Below are positions 27,189 to 36,201 of a stretch of DNA of 64,000 nt, one piece after another. Both the position numbers and the translations under genes were made by a program. The notes under the pieces were generated by a model, which was not told the origin of the DNA, did not search any database, and saw only the letters and a list, made by a program, of their open reading frames with translations. This DNA comes from Oligoflexales bacterium (GTDB lineage: Bacteria > Bdellovibrionota_B > Oligoflexia > Oligoflexales > RGVZ01), in assembly GCA_947479535.1 (NCBI GenBank), contig CANJZQ010000001.1:142324-206323 (forward strand), given 5' to 3'. How positions within the stretch are numbered: position 1 is the stretch's first letter; every line of letters starts with the position of its first letter.

Positions 27189-27218
27189 ACAGCCGCCTCG
27201 GTGTTCCGGGGCGGCTGT
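27189..27218 (-). promoter_or_regulatory. rpsO-pnp intergenic stem-loop (attenuator/processing-site candidate)
   Basis: ACAGCCGCC .. GGCGGCTGT is a 9 bp stem located 11 nt after the rpsO stop and ~85 nt before the pnp ATG. No U-tract follows. Confidence 0.4.
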
Positions 27219-27228
27219 CGTGATTGTG

Positions 27229-27495
27229 TTACTTGCGGATTTCCAAGTCCTGAATCAGCTTCAGGTAGGAATCGGGATTCTTGCGGTGCAGGTATTTCAG
27301 GAGCCGGCGCCGATGACCAACGAGCTTGAACAGGCCGCGGCGTGAATGATGATCTTTCGTATGGGTTTTGAAATGCCCGGTCAGCTGGTTAAGACGAGCT
27401 GTCATGAGGGCAATTTGAACCTCGGTCGAGCCGGAGTCACCGGATTGGGAACCGAACTTTTCGATGATGGCTGCTTTGTCAGTAGATTCGAGCAT
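27229..27495 (-). CDS. rpsO: 30S ribosomal protein S15
   Basis: [63 protein letters not shown]. 88 aa from ATG 27495. Confidence 0.95.
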   Translation of the reverse strand: MLESTDKAAIIEKFGSQSGDSGSTEVQIALMTARLNQLTGHFKTHTKDHHSRRGLFKLVGHRRRLLKYLHRKNPDSYLKLIQDLEIRK

Positions 27496-27865
27496 GAAGG
27501 ACCTTTCAGACCAAAACTTCAAACTTAGATAATAAGCTTCATATTAAAAATATCTATAAACTTATCAGTATAATGCAATCTTATCAGTGGCTTGCGCGGA
27601 AATAACCAAGCCAGTATCGCCACTTGAGGCGGCAAACTAACGAATTGAAAGGATATTGGCAATCAATTTGTTGTCATTTTGTCTTTCTCATCGATCTCTA
27701 ATCCTTTCCCCCTTCTAATGGAGATATCAGAGATTTGCAGGTCAGATTCGTTTTATTTTTTAACGATTTGTATTTATAAATTGACTTTATTAAAGGTTTT
27801 TAATAAAAAGGGTTGGAGTTTTGGGCTTTTCAAGTAGGCCCCAGAAACACGAAACGAGGTCCCAT

Positions 27866-28351
27866 ATGCAGTTCAAAATCGGTGACAAAGCGGTTTACCC
27901 GGCTCACGGAGTCGGCGTGATCAGAGGCATCGAGTCAAGGGACATCGGTGGAGCCAAGCAGGACTTTTACGTCCTTCAGATTCTATCGTCCGGGGCAACC
28001 CTCATGGTGCCGACGACTGGCTGCGAAAAGGCCGGAATGCGCGAGCTCATCTCTCGCACGGAAGTTACTCGCGTTTACGACATCCTGAAAAGCCCGGGTC
28101 GGGTGTCTCAGACGACATGGAACCGCCGGTTCCGTGAGTTCAACGACAAACTCAGGACTGGGTCGGTTGTCGATATTGCAGAGGTCCTTCGGGATCTCTC
28201 CTCCCTTAAGGGCGACAAGGACTTGTCCTTCGGCGAAAAGAAAATGCTCGACAAGGCCCTGTGCATGATTGTGTCGGAAATCAGCGCGGCCACGGCTAAA
28301 GACGAGTCGGAAGTTCAGGCCGAGTTGTCCAGTATGCTTCTCCCCAACTGA
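27866..28351 (+). CDS. carD: CarD/CdnL family RNA polymerase-binding transcription regulator
   Basis: MQFKIGDKAVYPAHGVGVIRGIE..QDFYVLQI..LMVP matches the CarD_CdnL_TRCF N-domain. 161 aa from ATG 27866. Confidence 0.85.
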   Translation: MQFKIGDKAVYPAHGVGVIRGIESRDIGGAKQDFYVLQILSSGATLMVPTTGCEKAGMRELISRTEVTRVYDILKSPGRVSQTTWNRRFREFNDKLRTGSVVDIAEVLRDLSSLKGDKDLSFGEKKMLDKALCMIVSEISAATAKDESEVQAELSSMLLPN

Positions 28352-28389
28352 TTTGGGATCTTAGCCTGATCTCGAAAGGCGGACCGGAC

Positions 28390-29037
28390 TTGCGCATCAT
28401 CAATGTCATGGCCGCCAGCCTCGACGGCAAGATTGCAGGTCACCACCTGGAGAGTGACCAGGAACGCCGTGATTACGGATTTACCAACAAAGCAGACCAA
28501 GACTTCGTGAGGCACCAGTTGACCATGGCAGATGCTGTGGTGACTGGTGCCAACTCACTTCGTGCCAGCCAGGGCGCTTGGCAGGTGGTGAACCACAAAG
28601 GCCGTTTGGCCACTTGGGTTGTTCTGACCCGTTCTGGTCTGGATCCAGATCTCAGGTTCTGGACTCAGACGGAAGTGGACAAGTGGATTGTCACGCCGGA
28701 CCCAAATTTGGTTATTCCCGCAGGTGCGAGAAATCGCCTTATCGTCACGCCCCCGGCAGTTAATCCCGCGATCCTAGTTGCAAAAGACTTAAAAGATGCT
28801 GGATTCGAAAGGGTCTTGTTGTTTGGCGGAGGCCACGTCAATCGTATGTTTTACGATGCGGGCCTCGTTGATGAACTGTGCTTGACCTTGTGCCCCTTGA
28901 TGTTGGGGACGCCCGACGCCTCGTCTCTTTTGGCACCGCCGCTTTCACACCCCGTCTTCTTCAGGCTGGAAACTTCCAACAGGAGCGGGGATCTGCTATT
29001 CTTAAATTATACCGTTCATAAAGCGCCTCAAATGTAG
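28390..29037 (+). CDS. RibD C-terminal domain / dihydrofolate reductase-like reductase family protein
   Basis: VMAASLDGKIAG, ADAVVTGANSLR and VLLFGGGHVNRMF are typical of the RibD_C fold. TTG start. Confidence 0.65.
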   Translation: MRIINVMAASLDGKIAGHHLESDQERRDYGFTNKADQDFVRHQLTMADAVVTGANSLRASQGAWQVVNHKGRLATWVVLTRSGLDPDLRFWTQTEVDKWIVTPDPNLVIPAGARNRLIVTPPAVNPAILVAKDLKDAGFERVLLFGGGHVNRMFYDAGLVDELCLTLCPLMLGTPDASSLLAPPLSHPVFFRLETSNRSGDLLFLNYTVHKAPQM

Positions 29038-29094
29038 TCGTCTCTGGAACCAGTGCGTCGCTGAAGCGATGCCAGCAACAGGCGAGGGAGTACC

Positions 29095-30018
29095 ATGGGT
29101 CTGAGAATCAGAACCAACGTCCAGTCATTGGTGGCTCAAAGGCATTTTGGCACGTCCACCAAGGGTGTTGCAGCCCAGACGGAGAAACTTTCCTCTGGAT
29201 TCAGGATCAACAAGGGTGCCGATGATGCTGCTGGATTTGCAATCGCCGAGGGTTTGAAGGGTGATATTCGGGCTCTTGGCCAGGCTCGTCGCAACGCCAA
29301 TGATGCTGTCTCCCTCGTGGAAGTTGCGGAAGGCGGCCTCGACGAGATCAATAACATTATGATCCGTTTGCGCGAGCTTTCAGTCCAGGCTGCCTCTGAT
29401 ACCATCGGAGCCCGTGAGCGCGGTTACTTGAACGAAGAGTACATGGCCCTCAAAGACGAGATCGACCGGATAGCGGTCTCAACTGAATTTAACGGTACGC
29501 GTTTATTGACTGGACAGAAGGAACTCGATCCTTCGCTGCTATCGGAACACAACTATTCCCCCCTCGAAGTCCAGGTCGGCAAGGATTACTTTCCCGGGCC
29601 AGACGCATTGTCTACTCCCAATCCGATTAACATAATCCGGATGAACCTTGGTAATTTCAACGCATCCACGGAAGGCGAAGATTCCCTTGGCCTCGGCAGT
29701 GCCCAGAACTCTGAAGGCTCCCGGGTGAATGACAAGGTCGCGGCGCAAAACGCCATGATGGTAATCGATAATGCGATGAACAAGATTGCCTCCTATCGCG
29801 GCACTTTAGGCGCGACTCAGAATCGATTCCAGAGTACGGACCGTAACCTTGGCATTCAAATTGAAGCATTGACAGCCGCCCGTTCACGGATCAAAGACGC
29901 CGACTTTGCGATGGAATCAGCGGAACTTGCGCAGCAGAGTATTTTGCAGCAAGCTGGCGTGTCGGTGTTGTCGCAGGCCAATCAGTTGCCAAATATTGCA
30001 CTAAAGCTACTTCAGTAA
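29095..30018 (+). CDS. fliC: Flagellin (short, 307 aa)
   Basis: N-terminal MGLRIRTNVQSLVAQR..LSSGFRINKGADDAAGFAIAEGL and C-terminal TLGATQNRFQST..SILQQAGVSVLSQANQLPNIALKLLQ conserved D0/D1 helices. GAGGGAG SD. Confidence 0.9.
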   Translation: MGLRIRTNVQSLVAQRHFGTSTKGVAAQTEKLSSGFRINKGADDAAGFAIAEGLKGDIRALGQARRNANDAVSLVEVAEGGLDEINNIMIRLRELSVQAASDTIGARERGYLNEEYMALKDEIDRIAVSTEFNGTRLLTGQKELDPSLLSEHNYSPLEVQVGKDYFPGPDALSTPNPINIIRMNLGNFNASTEGEDSLGLGSAQNSEGSRVNDKVAAQNAMMVIDNAMNKIASYRGTLGATQNRFQSTDRNLGIQIEALTAARSRIKDADFAMESAELAQQSILQQAGVSVLSQANQLPNIALKLLQ

Positions 30019-30019
30019 T

Positions 30020-32557
30020 TTAACGCAGATCGATCAAGGCTTTTAACTTGCCGGTGCGGCTCACCCGTGTGATGCCGCCGCTGGCGTGCGCCACGACTAG
30101 GAGTCGTGGAGACACCCAGGCCCGGGGGTGCTGCGCCTGCAGGTCTTTTGAGTGGCTGTAAACCAAGTCGACAAGAGACCCCTCTTTCAATTGTTCAGCG
30201 TTCTCATGCTCAACATGAAATTCGATGGTTTCCCGGGCTGACTCATCCTGTTTCAGGATAATTTGAAACATGGCCCCGTCCAGATTGCAGTCTGCCAGCG
30301 CTTTTTCAAAGTCATTGATGAAAAGACGACACGCCCAGACATTGAATTGACTGTCTGATCTACCGAGCAAACGGAATCTGACATCGCTGCTTCCGCACTC
30401 GCAATCACCATGTTTCTCAGCAATCCACTCCAAAAGGTCTCCGGTACAGAGACGGATGATGGGCATTTTCTTTTTGATGCGAGATGTAACAACGCCTTCA
30501 CCGTTTATGATTTCGAGATGAACACAGTCTGAAAATAAATGATGAATTCCATCAACGCTGAATCGACACTGATAGCCGATTGGACCTGCGTCGACCGAGG
30601 CGTAACCTGCCGATCCAAAATAGGTGGTTCCTGCAACTGTACCAAGAAATTTTCTTGCGACGACACTGAGATGTTCTCCCGCGTACAACACTGCCGGCAT
30701 GGAAATGGTGCGTCCCGTTTCCTTGGCGTGCCGTGCAAGTTCCACTAGCTGTGTTGGCAAGCCAACGACAAACTGAGGTTGGAATCGCTCAAGGTAAGTC
30801 AACGTTTGGTCTTTGTCTGCTAGACCTCCAATGGGCAAAACCGTGGCGCCGATCTTTGCCATGGCTTGATCCACTGCCATGAATGACGACCAAAGGTTTC
30901 CTGCAACAAAAAGATTCGCCACTACGATCCCCGGGACTATGCCTTGAGCCCGAAATCCAAGCGCCAGTAGTTCTGCCACCTGACTGAATTCATCGTGTGT
31001 GTAGATTGCATATTTTGGAGCGCCCGACGTGCCACCAGATGAGAAAATATAGCCACCCCTCACCAGATCATTAGTCGCCTTGTGGGTGAATCGCGACAGT
31101 TTCTCCCCGTTCGCAGTGTCGAGGTCTGCCCCCTTGATCAGTGGCATGTCGGTGATTTTGGTTACCAACTTGCCTTCCCGCAACTCACGATAGAATGGAA
31201 CGTTTGAAATGGCGTCATTCGCCAAACCTTCAAGTGTCCCGTCGAGTTCTTCCGGAACGATTCTGGTCAACTCAACGAGGGTCATTTTTCCATCATGTGG
31301 CGCTCCGATCGGCGCTTGCATGACTTGACCGAGCTGGGCAAATCGCATCACACCCATGGCGCCCAATGCGGCAATCATGGTCTGCTTTTCGGCATCCGTT
31401 GCGAGAAGTGAGCATGATTGCAGATAGCGCGCAAATGGGGAGAGCTGTTTTTTCAGATCATCAAGTGAATCGTAGGTTTTGCAGATCAGACTCCGGTTTA
31501 GTGGTGACGTGCGAAGTCCCGGACTTGGATCGTAGTGCAGGAGATAGTCTTTTCCGTTGCGAAAATCGCCGCCATTTTCGATCTTGTTGTATTGTGCTCT
31601 CGCGAGTTCCTTCAAAATCTCGACATGCTCATCGTCCGAGAGGCGCCCGCGGGCGTATTGGAAGTTTTGCAGGGCAATTTCTGTGTGGTTCATGAGTCCT
31701 GCGATGTCGGCTCCACGCTCGATGAACAGATTTTGGGGCGATGCACATGCCGCCTGATCCCACATGGCGATGTCCTGTGCGACCCAGGCGCCGGCCTGAG
31801 CCAAACCATGGCGTTCAAGGGCATCGCGCGTGATGGTTTGAAATGAAATTTTGGGACCGTACTCAATGAATTTGACGCCTAAAGGGAGCCCCTTTTTGTA
31901 GGAGTGAATCATTTCCTCCCCACCCCAGGCGATGATTCCGTTGGATTCCCTTTTGATCAAGGACTCCACAGCCTGTATCCCACTGGGAAAGTGAATCAGG
32001 GCGAACTTGTCACTCAAAATCCCCTCGTGATCGATATCCCTGATGGACTCTGCAAACAGCATGGGAAAAGACAGGTTGCGTGAGCTGAGTTTTACGAGCG
32101 ACACATTTTTTGTCAGGAAGCCCATCAGGAGTGAATCGATGGCTCCAAGGAATACGTTCCCGGCAGAAACGTGAAATAAAATCCCGAGAGGGAATGCACG
32201 CTCCATCCCGCCAAACGCATGGCTTTTGACGAATCCGTCAAGTTTATCCGGTCCGCCAAAGTCTGCTTTGATTCGTGCGCCGATGTTCCGTGCATTCAGA
32301 AGTTCAGGAATGACGTCCAATGAATGAGCGATCATGTCATCACTGAACGGGACTTCGTTTCTGGTCAAATCAAAGGCGCGGGACCAATAGTCCGAACCAT
32401 GCACCCAGGCGTTGCTCAGACGATCCAGCACATCCACGATTTTCCGAACCGGTTGAGAAACCATCGCGGGGCAGCGGAGGCGGGCATCAAGAAAGGCCTT
32501 TGTCAGAAACGCCTCATCGCAAACAGCGTGTGGGGTTTCATTTCCGAAGAGATACAT
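30020..32557 (-). CDS. Fusion protein: LuxC-type acyl-CoA/acyl-protein reductase domain plus PaaK/F390-synthetase-like adenylating domain
   Basis: The N-terminal ~470 aa carries WDQAACASPQNLFIE (ALDH-type catalytic Cys, ~31740-31768). The C-terminal ~375 aa carries FSSGGTSGAPKY (~31020-31050). GGAAGGA SD; starts 3 nt after the luxE-like stop. Confidence 0.7.
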   Translation of the reverse strand: MYLFGNETPHAVCDEAFLTKAFLDARLRCPAMVSQPVRKIVDVLDRLSNAWVHGSDYWSRAFDLTRNEVPFSDDMIAHSLDVIPELLNARNIGARIKADFGGPDKLDGFVKSHAFGGMERAFPLGILFHVSAGNVFLGAIDSLLMGFLTKNVSLVKLSSRNLSFPMLFAESIRDIDHEGILSDKFALIHFPSGIQAVESLIKRESNGIIAWGGEEMIHSYKKGLPLGVKFIEYGPKISFQTITRDALERHGLAQAGAWVAQDIAMWDQAACASPQNLFIERGADIAGLMNHTEIALQNFQYARGRLSDDEHVEILKELARAQYNKIENGGDFRNGKDYLLHYDPSPGLRTSPLNRSLICKTYDSLDDLKKQLSPFARYLQSCSLLATDAEKQTMIAALGAMGVMRFAQLGQVMQAPIGAPHDGKMTLVELTRIVPEELDGTLEGLANDAISNVPFYRELREGKLVTKITDMPLIKGADLDTANGEKLSRFTHKATNDLVRGGYIFSSGGTSGAPKYAIYTHDEFSQVAELLALGFRAQGIVPGIVVANLFVAGNLWSSFMAVDQAMAKIGATVLPIGGLADKDQTLTYLERFQPQFVVGLPTQLVELARHAKETGRTISMPAVLYAGEHLSVVARKFLGTVAGTTYFGSAGYASVDAGPIGYQCRFSVDGIHHLFSDCVHLEIINGEGVVTSRIKKKMPIIRLCTGDLLEWIAEKHGDCECGSSDVRFRLLGRSDSQFNVWACRLFINDFEKALADCNLDGAMFQIILKQDESARETIEFHVEHENAEQLKEGSLVDLVYSHSKDLQAQHPRAWVSPRLLVVAHASGGITRVSRTGKLKALIDLR

Positions 32558-32560
32558 GGC

Positions 32561-33709
32561 TCACATCCTTCCGGGAGTTTCGTCAAGTAGCTTGGAAGCA
32601 GTCAATGCACAGCCTTTGTGTTTGTGAACGCCGGCACGTCCAAGGATTTCGAGTGTCGCTCCCCCAATGCCGCAGTCACATTCTCCGATGCGCCCATAAT
32701 CCGTCGTCAAAAGGCTGATGCTTGGATAGCTGGTTACATAGGAGCAAAGGAAATGAATCAGGCCAGTATCGCCGTTTGAAACCACGCTAAAATCTTTCGG
32801 CGAGCGAATATAAACCCTGGCATAATTCGGTATGTGAAGATGCCCTCTGGAGCAGTCACAATAAGGGATTCCGTGTTCTACCATTCCAAACATGTCCCGG
32901 TTGTTGGATGCCGGAATCCCAAGCCTGTCTGTCATGAAGTTTCGAAAATCCGCCTTTGGGACCTCCTCGTTGGTAAATCCCTTCCATCCTCCTCCAGTTT
33001 GAATCCAACTGTTGGTGGGGAGTCGCAACTTGATATTGTTGTCGCGCACGATTTTGTACAAGTGTGCAGGAAACCCCAATATCCGGACGGGCTTCGGTGA
33101 GGCTGCGTAGCGCTCAAGGGTTTCGATGACCCCCTTGACGTTTAAAGAGAAGTCATTCTTGGCCTGATCCCATTGGATCGCATAGTAGACCTCGTTTTTT
33201 TTTGTGAAACTTGTGAGCAATTCATCCGTGAAGGCTGTGCCAAGGTTAGTGGCAACCTTTGGATCGTAAGTAAAACAAAGGTAATTCACTTCGTCCTCGG
33301 ACGTCATGCCCAGGGCGTCATGGATCATCCACGCCAGTTTTTTTACGCGAAGCAGCGACTGGTGATCGAGCAGTATCTGGCTTTTCTGTCCGCTTGTTCC
33401 GGAACTTGTAAGATTCAGGACGACATCGGCAGGCGATCCCGTGATGAGTTCGTGCTCTTTAAAAAGGTTCACCATGATGGGTGGTACGCGAGTCAAGTCG
33501 TGTTCCGATTTAATATCGGCGGGCTTGATGCCTGCAAGATCCCACAAGCCGCGGAAGTAGGAGTTTCCTTTGTAGTGAACTTCAGCACACGTTACAAAAC
33601 TTTCACGAAAAAACGCCTGGGATTCTTTGGAATTGTCGAATGGATTGCTTGAAAACAATCGATCGATACCAGAGTGGATCTGGTCTGATGTTTGCTTTGC
33701 CGGTGGCAT
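32561..33709 (-). CDS. LuxE-type acyl-protein synthetase
   Basis: LTSSGTSGQKSQI adenylation loop (~33380-33412). Overall length is ~380 aa. A Cys lies in HKGCALTAS about 15 residues from the C-terminus. ATG is 1 nt after the upstream stop. Confidence 0.7.
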   Translation of the reverse strand: MPPAKQTSDQIHSGIDRLFSSNPFDNSKESQAFFRESFVTCAEVHYKGNSYFRGLWDLAGIKPADIKSEHDLTRVPPIMVNLFKEHELITGSPADVVLNLTSSGTSGQKSQILLDHQSLLRVKKLAWMIHDALGMTSEDEVNYLCFTYDPKVATNLGTAFTDELLTSFTKKNEVYYAIQWDQAKNDFSLNVKGVIETLERYAASPKPVRILGFPAHLYKIVRDNNIKLRLPTNSWIQTGGGWKGFTNEEVPKADFRNFMTDRLGIPASNNRDMFGMVEHGIPYCDCSRGHLHIPNYARVYIRSPKDFSVVSNGDTGLIHFLCSYVTSYPSISLLTTDYGRIGECDCGIGGATLEILGRAGVHKHKGCALTASKLLDETPGRM

Positions 33710-33710
33710 G

Positions 33711-34871
33711 CTAGGGCTCCATGGTCTGATGCGGCTTCAGGAATTGCTCTTGAATGTTCCGGATATATTCCTCGAGGTAGATTCGATTCTTACCTGCCAG
33801 TTTTAAATGTCGGAAATCGAGTATTTCAAATGTCCTGCTGAGAACAACGAAATCATACCGGTGACTGCCGTTGAGTTGAAACGCGGGGAAGTATGCGCAG
33901 GGTAAAAACCTGGCACGAAGCACCCGTTCAATGGTTTTTGCCTTGTCAGCCCGGACAAGGATTTCAAGGTACCGGACCCCGATCGTGTTCAGGAGCTTGA
34001 CCGATTGCTCGAGGATGTCTGCAAAGTCATATTCCCGCGGCTTCTTTACGCCCATGATCACACAATGATCATCAACCTCAGACTTGTAGACGAATATCTC
34101 CACCGTTTGGCATGGTGAGCTGATCACCATGTTCGGTGAGTGGAATGGATAGAAGTGGGCGTGGAGAAGGTCTTGATCCCGCTGCCCTTCAAAACGGCAC
34201 CTTGCAAACCTTTCCGCTTGGATCAGTTCAAGCTTTATTGAGTCTGGATAATCGTTCAACGCCAAATCCGCCTCATTGGCTGGAGTGAGCCGCGCCAATG
34301 TGCATTCTGTACGCACGATTTCATAAAGATTTATGATTGCCGGATGCAACCGGAAATCCTGGAACCTGGCCCAAAGTGCTTCGGTCGTAAAAAATGCAGT
34401 CAGGCAATGTGTTTCATAAACATCCGTCTTGTGAACGTTTGGGAAAATGCCAAGCTTTTTGTACCCAAGGTGTTCCGTTACGATTTGGGGGGCAGGGCTC
34501 GAAGTTCGTGTGGTCGCATAGATGACGTCTACGATGCCAAGGGTATTCGTGAGGTGTTCTTGGGCAAAAACCATCGCACGTTCAAGGATCCGGTAGCCCC
34601 GGTACGTCGACAGCACTGCCCCTCCAAATGCCCGGGCCAAGCGGTGCAACTTGTCGCTTTCATATACGACGGAGCCAACAATCTGTCCTTGTTCCTCGGC
34701 AATAACCCAGACATTAGCCGGGTCTTCAAGGAATTTTGTCAGGAGGCCTGTATCTCGCATCAAGCGGTTGGTATAATTTCCACCATAGACCAATTGATAC
34801 AAAACAGAGATGCCGGTTGCATCCTGCGGAGTTGCAAGACGAAGGTTTGGTGTCAGCAACTTTGTTGTCAT
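33711..34871 (-). CDS. GNAT-like acyltransferase domain protein (386 aa)
   Basis: ATG 34871 (MTTKLLTPNLRLATPQD). VWVIAEEQGQIVGSVVYE..VLSTYRGYRILERAMVFAQEHL resembles GNAT motif A. The C-terminal half is unassigned. The track start 34967 would overlap the divergent MFS gene. Confidence 0.5.
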   Translation of the reverse strand: MTTKLLTPNLRLATPQDATGISVLYQLVYGGNYTNRLMRDTGLLTKFLEDPANVWVIAEEQGQIVGSVVYESDKLHRLARAFGGAVLSTYRGYRILERAMVFAQEHLTNTLGIVDVIYATTRTSSPAPQIVTEHLGYKKLGIFPNVHKTDVYETHCLTAFFTTEALWARFQDFRLHPAIINLYEIVRTECTLARLTPANEADLALNDYPDSIKLELIQAERFARCRFEGQRDQDLLHAHFYPFHSPNMVISSPCQTVEIFVYKSEVDDHCVIMGVKKPREYDFADILEQSVKLLNTIGVRYLEILVRADKAKTIERVLRARFLPCAYFPAFQLNGSHRYDFVVLSRTFEILDFRHLKLAGKNRIYLEEYIRNIQEQFLKPHQTMEP

Positions 34872-34889
34872 TCGGTGGTGTTCTCCGTG

Positions 34890-34902
34890 GTCACGGCGTG
34901 AC
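34890..34902. promoter_or_regulatory. Candidate operator palindrome in the divergent GNAT/MFS control region
   Basis: GTCAC-GGC-GTGAC is a perfect inverted repeat. It lies 19 nt upstream of the GNAT ATG and 34 nt upstream of the MFS ATG. Confidence 0.3.
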
Positions 34903-34935
34903 AGTTGATTATCCAATATTCCTACGGAGCCTGCA

Positions 34936-36201
34936 ATGTCGCGAACGAGTAACCTGTTGATCCGCAATCGCGACTTTCGGCTCGTCTGGTGCAGTCAGGT
35001 TTTAAGTCAAGCGGGCAGCCGCGCCTTTTTTATTAATTTGCTGTGGTGGATTATCAGTTCTGCGCCAGAGGTTCGTGGTGGAGGGTCTGCCTCGACTTGG
35101 GCCAGCGGCATACTTTTGACTATTCTAGGTTTGCCTTCGGTTCTTTTGGTTCGGTGGATAGGGAGGGTCCTTGAACGTTATTCTTCACAGAAGATTATGG
35201 TTTTTTGCGAAGTGGCGGGAGCCCTGTTGTCGTTGGTGGTTTTTGGTCTGTCCGTCTCTGGGAACCTCACGCTCGGGTGGGTTTACGGTCTGTCGGGTTT
35301 GATTGCCCTGTGCCAGGCGCTGGTTGATCCAGCCCTCGTGAAGGTTGTTCCGGAGCTGGTCGAGGAAGCTGATATCGAGGCGGCAGTTGGACTTGAGTCG
35401 TCGACCCAGGCGCTAGCCTATTTCTCTGGTGCAGCAATCGGTGCGATTGCAAGTGGAATCCTCGGATTTTCAGTGACCACCGCGATCAACGCACTCAGTT
35501 ACGGGGTGTCAGCGTTTATGACATCGCGTGCTCGATTCCGTCCGAGTTCCATTGCAGCGAATCACGAATCTACGGAACGTGGGTTGTCAAATGTGCCGAG
35601 TTCGCAGGATGGTTGGGCCAACCAGGTTGGCCCACTGCTAAAGGCATTTGGTGCGGCAAATGTTTTCATGTTCCCTATTTTCCTTGTTCTGCCACTTTTT
35701 GTGAAAGATTCGCTGCAAGGTAGCGTTATTGTCTTGGGTCTTCTTGAATCCTGTTTTTGGTTTGGATTGGTAGCAGGCGCAAATCAGGCTTGGCGACTTG
35801 ACGCTGAGGGCAGGTTCTTGAAGATGTCAGCGATTCTATTTTTTCTTTTTGGTTCGCTGATCTGTAGTATTGCCCTTAATCCATCAGTGGTCTGGGTGGC
35901 GGTTGTGCTGGTATGCGGTGGGATAAGCGCTGGCCTGGTGAATGTTAAAGTAATCACTTACTTCCAAATTGTCGTGCCCGAATCTGCGAGGGCTAAATTT
36001 TTCGCCCAGCTTCAAGCCTATGTTGCTGGAGCTCAACCTTTGAGCTACTTGCTGTTTACAGGGATCCTTCTCGTTCTTTCCCCGGTGCACTCATTTGCGC
36101 TCATTGGATTCGGCTTGGCGATGGTTGGTGCATTTTGCTGGTGGTACGAAAAACGCATGATAAAGTTCAATGCGGCAAAATTACTGGAGATTGGCAATTG
36201 A
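34936..36201 (+). CDS. MFS transporter
   Basis: About 12 predicted hydrophobic helices in a two-halves layout (LVWCSQVLSQAGSRAF.. N-terminus). 421 aa. Confidence 0.8.
   Translation: MSRTSNLLIRNRDFRLVWCSQVLSQAGSRAFFINLLWWIISSAPEVRGGGSASTWASGILLTILGLPSVLLVRWIGRVLERYSSQKIMVFCEVAGALLSLVVFGLSVSGNLTLGWVYGLSGLIALCQALVDPALVKVVPELVEEADIEAAVGLESSTQALAYFSGAAIGAIASGILGFSVTTAINALSYGVSAFMTSRARFRPSSIAANHESTERGLSNVPSSQDGWANQVGPLLKAFGAANVFMFPIFLVLPLFVKDSLQGSVIVLGLLESCFWFGLVAGANQAWRLDAEGRFLKMSAILFFLFGSLICSIALNPSVVWVAVVLVCGGISAGLVNVKVITYFQIVVPESARAKFFAQLQAYVAGAQPLSYLLFTGILLVLSPVHSFALIGFGLAMVGAFCWWYEKRMIKFNAAKLLEIGN

Noticed and set aside
28990-29094. Searched for a sigma28 (TAAA-N15-GCCGATAA) promoter upstream of fliC. 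TAAAGCGCC.. and TTAAATTATACC.. were considered.
   Set aside because: No GCCGATAA-like -10 element occurs at the right spacing. A sigma54-like TGGAAC..GC also has the wrong spacing. The promoter is left uncalled.
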